Of a stretch of DNA of 34,078 nucleotides, positions 17,301 to 24,893 are shown piece by piece (position 1 is the first letter of the stretch; each line of letters opens with the position of its first letter). The DNA is from Candidatus Woesearchaeota archaeon (lineage in GTDB: Archaea; Nanobdellota; Nanobdellia; Woesearchaeales; UBA10216), in NCBI GenBank assembly GCA_016180085.1, contig JACPBX010000008.1:1-34078 (forward strand), in the 5' to 3' direction. The notes below the pieces were generated by a model. That model did no database searches. It was not told where the DNA came from and was given only the letters and a program-made list of their open reading frames with translations. A program made the translations under genes and the position numbers.

Positions 17301-17396
17301 ATCGTCAAAGTTAACAACCCTTCCATCGCGCTTGACTATCTTGGGAATCCTGCTGACGGACATGGCTTTCCCTGCATCGAAGGCTTTTGGTGTCAT
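14322..17396 (-). CDS. nrdJ: Class II (adenosylcobalamin-dependent) ribonucleotide reductase with N-terminal ATP cone and C-terminal Zn ribbon
   Basis: IVKRDGR ATP cone, PGGRV, ANCFV, GGGIG, RRGA, TNPCAE, CNLAS, APTGTIS, KGITIYREGSR; no NrdB in the window; pduO adjacent. Confidence 0.93.
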   Translation of the reverse strand: MTPKAFDAGKAMSVSRIPKIVKRDGRVVNFDDEKITSAIMKAARSVGGSDRKEADRLSGLVVDFVSKNEKIPTVEEVQDAVEKILIEEGHAKTAKAYILYRAKRAELRQAAAEAAKGSDGEKTALLDMFAHKSKLASIIGYDRIEAYKNLLFYLKDLQKKGEMPVHPGDYLNANELATSIYQKKYFLKDLSNKLIEKRPEDAFSRLAAFMAAVESTPEKQQEWAARFYRALYEGYFVPGGRVIAGGGDLYRLKTLANCFVSLIAEDNIESIYQSAYECARTYSYGGGIGVDISVLRPKGSVVHNAADTSTGSVSFMELFSLTTGLIGQSGRRGALMLTIDIKHPDSQHFINVKKMPNWVTNQIVEQCKWSNQFNEKQLREIERQVRENTQVRFANISLKISDEFMQAVDEQNRYGTEKLLVYLKDKAVSGLGIMQGGAVHYSYGIPSKPIEKYRLLKTFDTLQELNRFLSEHGAGPLSGRDLADAGRRDMFGDIVVPDRGSEFDLAIKQAGDFMLYYNSRETNEIKRMVKARTIWNAFIEGNYRTAEPGLIFWSTMSKYSPSNYVGRPIASTNPCAEVPLEDGGACNLASVNLSRFVKSGYTDKAEIDWGGIKETTALAVRFLDNVVTWNELLNPLEKQRKAAYETRRVGLGVMGIADMLNQLGIGYDSEEGVKILEESAKLFSNTAYQASASLAEEKSPSPIFEYQAYSKGNFFQEVLTDETKELIRKKGLRNIAILSIAPTGTISNIVLGYKLGDRNFIGVSGGIEPVFALYYTRRSEGLSSGGSNMFFKIFHSTVDAYIQQHNLAEEAQKCKDADELKRILPAHFFRTAHFIDPGKRVMTQGLWQKYVDHSISSTVNLPEDIDPETISNIYLDAWKNGLKGITIYREGSRYPILSTGTQKSEFQKAAEEQYDVEVDGEQRLMRGDDVIALPDGRLTTVYSAAKNGQIKKDGGRYVFTKAAAGLETAAAAEARQGHGKNSTEITASDMKLSICPSCSNKTLKIENGCHSCLNETCGFSKCEV

Positions 17397-17416
17397 GTTT
17401 CATTACCTCACAATAA

Positions 17417-17432
17417 ATACAACCTGTTGTGT
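17417..17432. promoter_or_regulatory. NrdR box, proximal
   Basis: ATACAACCTGTTGTGT versus consensus acaCwAtATaTwGwgt; core ACAAC-CT-GTTGT is palindromic. Confidence 0.65.
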
Positions 17433-17449
17433 TTCTCTCCCGTCTAGAA

Positions 17450-17465
17450 CCCCAATATGTTGTGG
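17450..17465. promoter_or_regulatory. NrdR box, distal
   Basis: CCCCAATATGTTGTGG matches all capitalised consensus positions; 33 bp centre-to-centre from the proximal box. Confidence 0.78.
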
Positions 17466-17476
17466 TTTCTGGATTT

Positions 17477-17494
17477 ACTTGTATTTAAAGGTTT
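17477..17494 (-). promoter_or_regulatory. BRE/TATA promoter of the nrdJ operon
   Basis: Minus strand AAACCTTTAAATACAAGT; identical 18-mer at 26727-26744. Confidence 0.7.
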
Positions 17495-17598
17495 TTGTGC
17501 CAAAAACTATATTAGCCATAACTCATGACAGAATTTCTAGCTGCTGGTGATGTAAATTCAAAAGCATCAATCGCAGTTGGTATAAGTTTTATATAAAA

Positions 17599-17880
17599 TC
17601 ACTGGTTCGTCTTCCAGTACTTCTTCTGCCCCAAAATCAATGCCGCGGTAAAAAGCAGGTATGTGAGCAGGTAGCTAATCTCTGTGAGGAAGAATCCGAA
17701 ATCGACAACATCCTTGCTCTGGCCGAATCTGAATCCGAAGCCTAAAGAAAACAAAACCGGAATGAAGAATATGGGATAGAAGCTTTTCCTGCTTGTTTTG
17801 AACCGCGAAAGAAAATTGTTAAGAAGCATCATTAAGATTAACACCACAACAAATTCCCCAACTGCCTGCCACGCTTGCAT
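17599..17880 (-). CDS. Small membrane protein (about 3 TM)
   Basis: 93-aa hydrophobic ORF filling the gap upstream of nrdJ. Confidence 0.7.
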   Translation of the reverse strand: MQAWQAVGEFVVVLILMMLLNNFLSRFKTSRKSFYPIFFIPVLFSLGFGFRFGQSKDVVDFGFFLTEISYLLTYLLFTAALILGQKKYWKTNQ

Positions 17881-18034
17881 TTTACCAACCGCAACTAATT
17901 ATAATTATATATTTTATTATATATTTTCTAAAGTGTGGAAAGCAGTATATGTTTAAAAAACTTTTGGATTTGGCATTACACATTTGACTGCGGCAGCTAA
18001 AGCTTTAAAAACATTCAGCGGCATTTGCAACTGC

Positions 18035-18436
18035 ATGCCTGGCGCTTTTGTGCATATTGCTGTTGGTCTGTTATCAGCAGCCATTGTGCACCTGAAGCAT
18101 TTCAAGCCTGAGTTCAGCCTTGCAATTTTCATTGGAAATCTCCTTCCTGATGTCCTGAAATTCGGCTTGACTGCAATAAAGCAGGGAACGCTCAGGATTT
18201 TCAGCGTCAAACAGGACGGCCTTTTCAACACTTTAGCATCAACAACTTCCAGCTCTGCAAACTGGTTCACTCTCGGCTTCTTCCTGTTGCTGCTCATAAC
18301 CTTCTTTTACCATTACCACGTCATCAAGAAGAAAAAGCTTTGGGAGTACGAGGAACTCTACATATTCTTGCTGATTGGCATCGTAACGCATCTCATCATG
18401 GATGCGCTTATAATTGAGAAAGGGCCGTGGTTTTAA
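18035..18436 (+). CDS. Membrane-bound metal-dependent hydrolase, YdjM-like
   Basis: N-terminal H (AFVHIAVG), GNLLPD and THLIMD motifs between TM helices. Confidence 0.7.
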   Translation: MPGAFVHIAVGLLSAAIVHLKHFKPEFSLAIFIGNLLPDVLKFGLTAIKQGTLRIFSVKQDGLFNTLASTTSSSANWFTLGFFLLLLITFFYHYHVIKKKKLWEYEELYIFLLIGIVTHLIMDALIIEKGPWF

Positions 18437-19260
18437 TCCTTCTCATAAATTCTCTTCAGCATAAGTGCATCGCCTTCAATGTTCGGGCTCTCGCTTATCA
18501 CAACTCCTCCAATCTTAAACTCGCGCCAGCTGCGGACAATTTCCTCGTAATTCAAGTCGGATTCCTTCAGCGTCAGATGGTTTAGTTCGCCTTTGTCGCT
18601 GTAGTTGACCCCGGCTATTTGTATGTGCATATTCTTTAGTGCTTCCTTCCCCAGTTCTTTCTCTACAGCGGCAAGTATTTCGTTGAATTCTATGAGGCTG
18701 TTGTTTTTCCCATCACGGGCGTGCATGTGCGCGTAGTCTATGCAAGGCATTACCTGCTCAATCTCCTGGCACAGCCGCAGTATCTCGCTCAAGCCCCCAA
18801 ACTGGCTTCTTTTGCCCGTTGTTTCAGGCCTTACCCATATTCCGCAGCCAGCGTCCTTTAGTTCGGCAACAACCATTTTCATTTGTTGCTTCACTTTTTC
18901 ATATACCTTCTCTTTGCTGATGCCTAAATAATAGCCGGGATGGAAAGCAACGCTTTTCGCCCCGCAGAGCCAGGCAACTTCCGCGGCTTTTATCAGCCGT
19001 TTTTTGCTAGCCTCCAATTTGGCAGTTTCAGCAGCATTCAGATTGATGTAGTAGGGGGCATGGCATGTCAGCATAACCTCTGCTTTCTCAGCGGCAGCTT
19101 TGATTTTCGGGGCATTTTCCTTGCTAATATTGACTGATTGCACGAATTCAAGCTCCATTGCATCAAGGCCAAGCCCTCTCACTGCCCTTATGCCGGAAGC
19201 TGTGTCAGTTCCTTTGGCTGCCATTGGGATGCCTGCTGTGCCGAAGAGGAGCTTAAGCAT
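18433..19260 (-). CDS. nfo: Endonuclease IV / AP endonuclease 2 family TIM barrel (archaeal type)
   Basis: FGTAG, MELEFV, HAPYYINL, FHPGYY, RPETTGK, CIDYAHMHAR, HIQ, ISESPNIEGDA. Confidence 0.9.
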   Translation of the reverse strand: MLKLLFGTAGIPMAAKGTDTASGIRAVRGLGLDAMELEFVQSVNISKENAPKIKAAAEKAEVMLTCHAPYYINLNAAETAKLEASKKRLIKAAEVAWLCGAKSVAFHPGYYLGISKEKVYEKVKQQMKMVVAELKDAGCGIWVRPETTGKRSQFGGLSEILRLCQEIEQVMPCIDYAHMHARDGKNNSLIEFNEILAAVEKELGKEALKNMHIQIAGVNYSDKGELNHLTLKESDLNYEEIVRSWREFKIGGVVISESPNIEGDALMLKRIYEKD

Positions 19261-19264
19261 TTTA

Positions 19265-20251
19265 CTACAAATCACCACTAAGATTATATTGATTCAAAAG
19301 AAGTTTATTTTGTAACTGTTTATTAAAACCAAGTAATCGTAATATCACAATTTCCATTATTTTTTGCAGGATAAATAGCATTTGGGGTTTATTCATCAAC
19401 TTTTGCGAATTTAAATTATGAACTAGCTTCGTTCTAATTTCCACCAGATTAGTTAAAACTTTATCTGGATTTTTGGAATCAAATCCTAAATCTAAACTTC
19501 CCAAGTAACTCCTAACTTTTTCATATGTGTTCCTTTCGTACAAAAAACTCCTTAGAATATTCCTTTTAAGCAGGCTTAATTTATTTCTATCTTTAACGCA
19601 GTCTTCCAACGCAGCCGATACCCCATCTTTAATCTTTTTTAATTCCTCTTCCGTAAATATTCTGAGTTTCTTATTTAAGCTATTCTCATTAGCCAAGCGC
19701 TCCAAACTTATCCAACATATCAAAAATTGCAGCTCCGTGATCATATCAGAATGTGAGACAAGGTAAGCGTGTATGACTTTTATAATTTCACTGCATTTAG
19801 ATGCAGTGGTTGTGTTTAGTTTTGCAAGAGCATAATCTATAAAAAATGTTATATCTCTCGTAAAAAAGACACCGTGCGTATTAATTCCGTGTATTAAATC
19901 GGAGTGTCTATTTTCTATCAGTTCAATATGCTTATAGTAAAACCTCGGATACTTTTTCCCTTTCCCATACTCGTAATGATAGTTAAAAAAAACGCTACGT
20001 TTTTGTGCAAAAGAATAAAGCCACTCTAACCAATCAGCCAGCTTTAAAGCTTCATCTCTGTTTGTCGCACGAATATAACACTTTGCAGTTTTCCAAGCGT
20101 CTTGTGCATGAGGATTGTTGATTTTTGTTCTTTCTTTTTCGAATATTTCGGCATATTTTAATGGCACTATTCTTATACATAAGTCTTCATTTATGTACTG
20201 TTTTCCTCTCGGGATGTATAAATTATAGAAATCAAATACGTATGTGTGCAT
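19265..20251 (-). CDS. AT-rich ApeA-like HEPN domain protein
   Basis: C-terminal RTKLVH (Rx4H, 19418-19435) preceded by FLICWISLERLA; visibly AT-richer than neighbouring genes. Confidence 0.65.
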   Translation of the reverse strand: MHTYVFDFYNLYIPRGKQYINEDLCIRIVPLKYAEIFEKERTKINNPHAQDAWKTAKCYIRATNRDEALKLADWLEWLYSFAQKRSVFFNYHYEYGKGKKYPRFYYKHIELIENRHSDLIHGINTHGVFFTRDITFFIDYALAKLNTTTASKCSEIIKVIHAYLVSHSDMITELQFLICWISLERLANENSLNKKLRIFTEEELKKIKDGVSAALEDCVKDRNKLSLLKRNILRSFLYERNTYEKVRSYLGSLDLGFDSKNPDKVLTNLVEIRTKLVHNLNSQKLMNKPQMLFILQKIMEIVILRLLGFNKQLQNKLLLNQYNLSGDL

Positions 20252-20258
20252 TTTGCAC

Positions 20259-20810
20259 CTATCCAAACGAGCTTCCGCAGCTGCACACTGCATGCGCGTT
20301 CGGGTTGTCCACTTTGAAGCCGGAGCGGTTCAGCGTTTCAACGTAGTCAATCACTGCGCCTTTGAGGGCTTCCGCGCTCGCGGCATCCACAACGATTTTT
20401 AATCCGCTTTTCTCTAAAATTACGTCGTTGCTGCCGCTTTCATCGTCGAGAGAAAAATCGTAGCTGTATCCTGCGCAACCACCTGGCTTTACCTCAACTC
20501 TGAGGTTGAATCCTGAAATGCCCTGCTTCTTCATCATTTCCTTTACCTTTTCCACAGCCGCATCAGTGACATCAAACTTGTCCGGTTTTTCCTTTGGCCT
20601 TTCAGAGTCTATTTTTGCTGCTGCGCGGTTTAATTCCGTCAGCATATTATTGAAATCTTTCTCATTCATCACTGTCGCAGCTGCTGTTTTGAGTTGCTCC
20701 TGGTAAGGTGTGCCGCAGCCCGTCATCTTCATTCCAAATCCGGCCATTGCATCAGCTAATTGGGGGTATTTCAGCATTATTTCGCCAATTGTTGTTTCTG
20801 CAGTTATCAT
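20259..20810 (-). CDS. iscA: A-type Fe-S carrier (IscA/ErpA/HesB) with N-terminal DUF1858-like domain
   Basis: GGCAGYSY, LKGAVIDYV and NPNAHAVCSCGSSF; N-terminal ETTIGEIMLKYP...GMKMTGC. Confidence 0.88.
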   Translation of the reverse strand: MITAETTIGEIMLKYPQLADAMAGFGMKMTGCGTPYQEQLKTAAATVMNEKDFNNMLTELNRAAAKIDSERPKEKPDKFDVTDAAVEKVKEMMKKQGISGFNLRVEVKPGGCAGYSYDFSLDDESGSNDVILEKSGLKIVVDAASAEALKGAVIDYVETLNRSGFKVDNPNAHAVCSCGSSFG

Positions 20811-21067
20811 ATGATTTTCTCCCCAGTATCCTTATTTTTCAGGTGTATTACGTTTACAGGGCAGGCTTCGGCTGCGGTCTGGTCCTCTTCGAAATCCTTG
20901 TCATCTTCATCTATTTCGAGCTCCTGCCAGCCGTCTTCCCTCTGCTTCCCAGATCTTATGTCTGACTTGCCGTCTTCGTTCATCTCCCAGCGCTTTGGGC
21001 TGACAGCAGCGCAGGCAGCGCACCCAATGCAGTTTGGCCTGTCGTGCTCAAGCAAATACTTCGTCAT
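20807..21067 (-). CDS. Single-cluster 4Fe-4S ferredoxin
   Basis: CIGCAAC...AAEACPVNVI. Confidence 0.9.
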   Translation of the reverse strand: MTKYLLEHDRPNCIGCAACAAVSPKRWEMNEDGKSDIRSGKQREDGWQELEIDEDDKDFEEDQTAAEACPVNVIHLKNKDTGEKII

Positions 21068-21812
21068 TAGGCAACACCTTTATGGACTCGTAGCCTTGGC
21101 TTTCTATCTGGTGCGCAAGCTCAGGCCCTCCGCTTGTCGCAACTCTCCCGTCAATCATAACATACACCCTGTTTGGCTTTACATAATTGAGTATTCTCTG
21201 GTAATGTGTTATCAGCAGTATGCCCGTCTCAGGAGTGGCCAGCTTGTTTATCCCGTCTGCAACAACCTTCAGCGAGTCAACATCCAGGCCGGAGTCTGTC
21301 TCGTCAAGTATTGCCATTTCGGGCTTCAGCATTGCCATCTGGAGTATCTCAGCGCGTTTCTTCTCCCCGCCTGAAAAGCCTTCGTTGATGTAGCGGTGCA
21401 TGAATGATTCGTCAATTTTAAGCATCTTCATTGTTTCCTTGAGCTGCTTTATGAATTCTGCAACAGCTATCGGGTTCTTTTTGTCTCTGCGGCTGTTCAT
21501 GGCTGTCCTCAAAAAATTGGCCGTGCTCACCCCGGGAACTTCGCTTGGGTACTGGAATGACAGGAACAGCCCTTTTCTGGCGCGCTCGTTCGTTGGCAGC
21601 TTTGTTATGTCTTCGCCCTTAAACATTATCTGCCCTTTGGTTACCTTGTAGCCTGGGTGGCCAAGTAGCGCATAGCCCAATGAGCTTTTCCCTGCGCCGT
21701 TTGGCCCCATCAAGGCAACTACTTCGCCCTTGCTGACATCAAGGCTTACCCCTTTGAGTATCTCTTTGCCTTCAACTTCCACACGCAGGTCTTTTATTTG
21801 CAGTTCGTTCAT
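21048..21812 (-). CDS. sufC: Fe-S assembly ATPase SufC
   Basis: GPNGAGKS, FLSFQYP, NEGFSGGEKKR, LDETDSGLDVD, ITHYQRIL. Confidence 0.97.
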   Translation of the reverse strand: MNELQIKDLRVEVEGKEILKGVSLDVSKGEVVALMGPNGAGKSSLGYALLGHPGYKVTKGQIMFKGEDITKLPTNERARKGLFLSFQYPSEVPGVSTANFLRTAMNSRRDKKNPIAVAEFIKQLKETMKMLKIDESFMHRYINEGFSGGEKKRAEILQMAMLKPEMAILDETDSGLDVDSLKVVADGINKLATPETGILLITHYQRILNYVKPNRVYVMIDGRVATSGGPELAHQIESQGYESIKVLPNDEVFA

Positions 21813-21833
21813 TTTTCGCCTCTGCGGCTGCCG

Positions 21834-22262
21834 CTATTTTGCTAAATTCGCCCTGTTTGCTTCGTACTGTATTATTCCCTTTTGCACTGCCCTCAGGGCC
21901 AGCAATGCGCATTTTATCCTTACAGGCCCGGGGTTTATTTTGGTTATTTCAAGCATGTCGTTTTGGGTCATTGCAACAACCGCCTTTACGCTTTTTCCAT
22001 GTATCTGTTCAGTGAGCATCGAGGCTGCCGCCTGGCTTATTGCGCAGCCCTTCCCGTTGAACATGGCTTCCTTTACTGTGCCGTTTTCCATTTTCAGCTG
22101 CACAGTTACCTCATCGCCGCAAACCGGGTTGTAGTCGTGGTAGCTTACATCGGCATCGGCCATGTTTCCGAAGTTTCTCGGGTTCTGGTAGTGGTCCATT
22201 AACTCCTCTCTATACAGGTTTTCTATCCCATCCGAAGCTGCTGCATTTGCCATTTTAATCAC
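21834..22262 (-). CDS. sufU: SUF system sulfur-transfer protein SufU
   Basis: DHYQNPRN, NPVCGD, GCAISQAAASM, RIKCALL. Confidence 0.93.
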   Translation of the reverse strand: MIKMANAAASDGIENLYREELMDHYQNPRNFGNMADADVSYHDYNPVCGDEVTVQLKMENGTVKEAMFNGKGCAISQAAASMLTEQIHGKSVKAVVAMTQNDMLEITKINPGPVRIKCALLALRAVQKGIIQYEANRANLAK

Positions 22263-22269
22263 AATATAA

Positions 22270-23586
22270 TCACAGCCTATTATCGCTTTTTGCCCATGAT
22301 TCAGCGGTTTGGGCTGGCTTTTTTAGCTTTGCGGCTATTTTCCCAAGTGCCTCAGCGAACTTTTCTATTTCTTGTGTGGTGTTGTAGAGGTAAAAGCTTG
22401 CCCTTGTTGAGCCTGCTGTGCCCAGAAGCCTGGCAAGCGGCATGGCGCAGTGGTGGCCTCCCCTGACAGCTATTCCCGCAGCATCCAGGAATGCTGATAC
22501 ATCGTGCGGGTGGGCTCCGTTAAGGTTGAATGCAACCAAGCCACTTCTCTTGGCAGCATCCTTTGGCCCGTATACGGCAACACCCTCTATTTCCTGCAGC
22601 CTTTTTAGCGCCAATTTTGTAAGCAGTATCTCATGCTCCCAAACGTTTTCCATCCCAACCTTCTGCAAATAGTCAACAGCTGCCGTCAGCCCGACGGCTC
22701 CGGCCATGTTTGGAGTTCCTGCCTCAAACTTCCAGGGCAGCTCGTTCCACTTTGCGCCTTCTAAGCTTACCTCGCTTATCATGTCCCCTCCGTAAAGGAA
22801 AGGTTCCATTCCCTCAAGCAGCTCCCTTTTGCCGTAAAGCACCCCTACGCCTGTTGGCCCGAGCATTTTATGCGCTGAGAATGCCAGGAAGTCGCAGCCA
22901 AGCTCTTTCACGTTCACCGGCATGTGTGGCACTGACTGCGCGGCATCGACAACAGTTACAGCTCCAATTTCCTTCGCTGCAGCAATGATTTCCTTGGCTG
23001 GATTTATTGTTCCCAGAACATTTGAAACGTGCGTGAATGCAACTATTTTCGTTTTCTTCCCTATTGTTTGCCGCAGCTGCAAATCGGACGATGTCCGATT
23101 GCACATTCCGCTTGTGGCGGAATTGTGCTGTAGCTTTAATTCGCCGTTGCCGTCTATTTCCAAAAACCTGAGCTTTGCCCCTGTCCTTTTCGCTGCCTGC
23201 TGCCACGGGACAATATTGCTGTGGTGCTCCATCTGCGTCAATACTATCTCGTCACCTTTCTGCAGCTGCTGTGACAAAGAGCTTGCAACAAGGTTGATTG
23301 ATTCTGTGGTGTTCTTTGTGAAAACAACCTCCTCCATACACTCAGCGCCGATGAAACCGGCAACCTTTTCATGGGCTTCGTCATACGCTGCAGTAGCTTC
23401 CTGGCTCAGCCTGTGCACTGCCCTGTGCACGTTTGAGTTGTAGGTTTCATAATAATCATTCGTTGCCTGTATTACCTGCCTCGGCTTTTGCGTTGTTGCA
23501 GCGTTGTCAAGGTAAACCAGCGGCTTCCCGTAAACCTTCCTTTTCAATATAGGGAAGTCCTCTCTTATCCTTTCAGCGTTAAGCAT
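22270..23586 (-). CDS. sufS: Cysteine desulfurase SufS (with a ~17-aa insertion)
   Basis: YLDNAATTQKP, MEHHSN, DAAQS, SAHKMLGP, FEAGTPN, RGGHHCA, RASFYLYN. Confidence 0.96.
   Translation of the reverse strand: MLNAERIREDFPILKRKVYGKPLVYLDNAATTQKPRQVIQATNDYYETYNSNVHRAVHRLSQEATAAYDEAHEKVAGFIGAECMEEVVFTKNTTESINLVASSLSQQLQKGDEIVLTQMEHHSNIVPWQQAAKRTGAKLRFLEIDGNGELKLQHNSATSGMCNRTSSDLQLRQTIGKKTKIVAFTHVSNVLGTINPAKEIIAAAKEIGAVTVVDAAQSVPHMPVNVKELGCDFLAFSAHKMLGPTGVGVLYGKRELLEGMEPFLYGGDMISEVSLEGAKWNELPWKFEAGTPNMAGAVGLTAAVDYLQKVGMENVWEHEILLTKLALKRLQEIEGVAVYGPKDAAKRSGLVAFNLNGAHPHDVSAFLDAAGIAVRGGHHCAMPLARLLGTAGSTRASFYLYNTTQEIEKFAEALGKIAAKLKKPAQTAESWAKSDNRL
23078..23128. repeat. 51-nt double-hairpin element inserted in frame in sufS
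   Basis: TGC-A-AATCGGAC-GAT-GTCCGATT-GCA and GCAC-ATTCCGC-TTGTG-GCGGAAT-T-GTGC; GCTG direct repeat 51 nt apart (23076-23079, 23127-23130). Confidence 0.78.
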
Positions 23587-24853
23587 TTTTCAGCAGCTCC
23601 TCCCCGGCATCTTCCATTTTTGCCCTTATCGTGTGCCGCAGGTCTTCTGCAAGCTCCTCAAACGGCATCTGCTTCAGGAGCGGCTCGAAGAAGCCCTCCA
23701 CAACAAGCCTTACCGCTTCCTTCTCACCCACCCCTCTGCTCATCATGTAAAACAGCTTTTCCTTGTCAAGCTGCCCGACAGATGCTTCATGGGATGCTTT
23801 CACGTCGTAGTTGTCTATTTCAAGCTTGGGTATCGGCGATGCCCTTGCCGAGTCGCTTAGCAGCAGCACATTTGCTTTCTGGTGGCCTTCTGAGTTTGGG
23901 GCAGTGCCCATTATCTTGGTGAAGCTCTGGGCTATGACCCTTGCCCTTCCTTTCAAAGCGCCTTTTATTTTCATGTTGCTTGTTGTGTTCCTTGCGTTAT
24001 GCACTGCCTTTGTCATTATGTCCAGCTTTTGCGCGCCCTCCCCGAAAAAGGCTCCAAAAATATTAGTTGCGGCTCCCTCTCCGTTCAGCATGCTGACAAT
24101 CTCCTGCTTTGTATTTTGCCCGCCAATGCCAGCATCTACCCAGTCAACGCTTGCCCTTGTGTCAGCATAGGCGTTCCTTGACATAAGGCTGTTAACGTTA
24201 GTGCCGAGCTTTTGCACTGTTGCGAACCTCACAACAGATCCGGGCCTGGCAGTCACATTTATGACCTCTATTCTGCAATCTTTTTTGGTGTTCCCGTCCG
24301 AACTATCCAAACTGTCGGATGTAATCGTCTCAACAACTTCCAGAGTCGAGTCTTCTTCGGCAACTACAACCACATGAACAATCTCTGTCTGCTTCTGGGC
24401 CAGGCTGATGGCAGCCTTCCCGGCTTTGGCACCCTTGCGGGCATAAATGAACAGGCCGTTGTTCCAGAAGGCTGCGTGCAGCGCTTCCATTCTGTTCTGG
24501 AAAGCGGCCTTGCCGTACTTGCCGATAAGCAGCGGCTTCAGAACAGCCTCGTATTTTGAGGCTGCAACAGAAAGGTCCTCAACGACAACGCCATTTTCTT
24601 CTTTGCTTCCATGGCTGGTGATGCTCGTTAATGGTTTCAGCTGCCTCTCGTCCATATCAAGTGCCGAGCTCACATGCAGGCCGTATGTCAGCTGCGGCAT
24701 TGCCAGATTTTCAAGCTGCCCGAATGCCTCAAGCCTTGCTTGAAGCAGCCAGTCTGGCTCGCCCTTTGCCTTTGACAGACGTATTACTGTTTCCTCAGTC
24801 AGCTGTGTCAACTCTTCCGGCTCTGTTTTCTTGATTGTATTTGTTGATTGCAT
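23579..24853 (-). CDS. sufD: Fe-S assembly protein SufD
   Basis: EPDWL, ALHAAFWNNG, EGHQKANVLLLS, PKLEIDNYDVKASHEASVGQLDKEKLFYMMSRG; start at ATG 24853 (alternative TTG 24871). Confidence 0.93.
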   Translation of the reverse strand: MQSTNTIKKTEPEELTQLTEETVIRLSKAKGEPDWLLQARLEAFGQLENLAMPQLTYGLHVSSALDMDERQLKPLTSITSHGSKEENGVVVEDLSVAASKYEAVLKPLLIGKYGKAAFQNRMEALHAAFWNNGLFIYARKGAKAGKAAISLAQKQTEIVHVVVVAEEDSTLEVVETITSDSLDSSDGNTKKDCRIEVINVTARPGSVVRFATVQKLGTNVNSLMSRNAYADTRASVDWVDAGIGGQNTKQEIVSMLNGEGAATNIFGAFFGEGAQKLDIMTKAVHNARNTTSNMKIKGALKGRARVIAQSFTKIMGTAPNSEGHQKANVLLLSDSARASPIPKLEIDNYDVKASHEASVGQLDKEKLFYMMSRGVGEKEAVRLVVEGFFEPLLKQMPFEELAEDLRHTIRAKMEDAGEELLKNA

Positions 24854-24893
24854 CGTCTTGTCCCCAATCAAAATTCCAACAGTGGCAGAAATA

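Noticed and set aside
14322-17396. Intein in nrdJ
   Set aside because: The insertions lack intein splice motifs and homing-endonuclease motifs.
17397-17598. Possible cobalamin riboswitch upstream of nrdJ
   Set aside because: No B12-box-like sequence seen; the region is explained by TATA, NrdR boxes and RBS.
17904-17927. ATTATATATTTT tandem duplication
   Set aside because: AT-rich divergent promoter region; probably overlapping TATA boxes or slippage.
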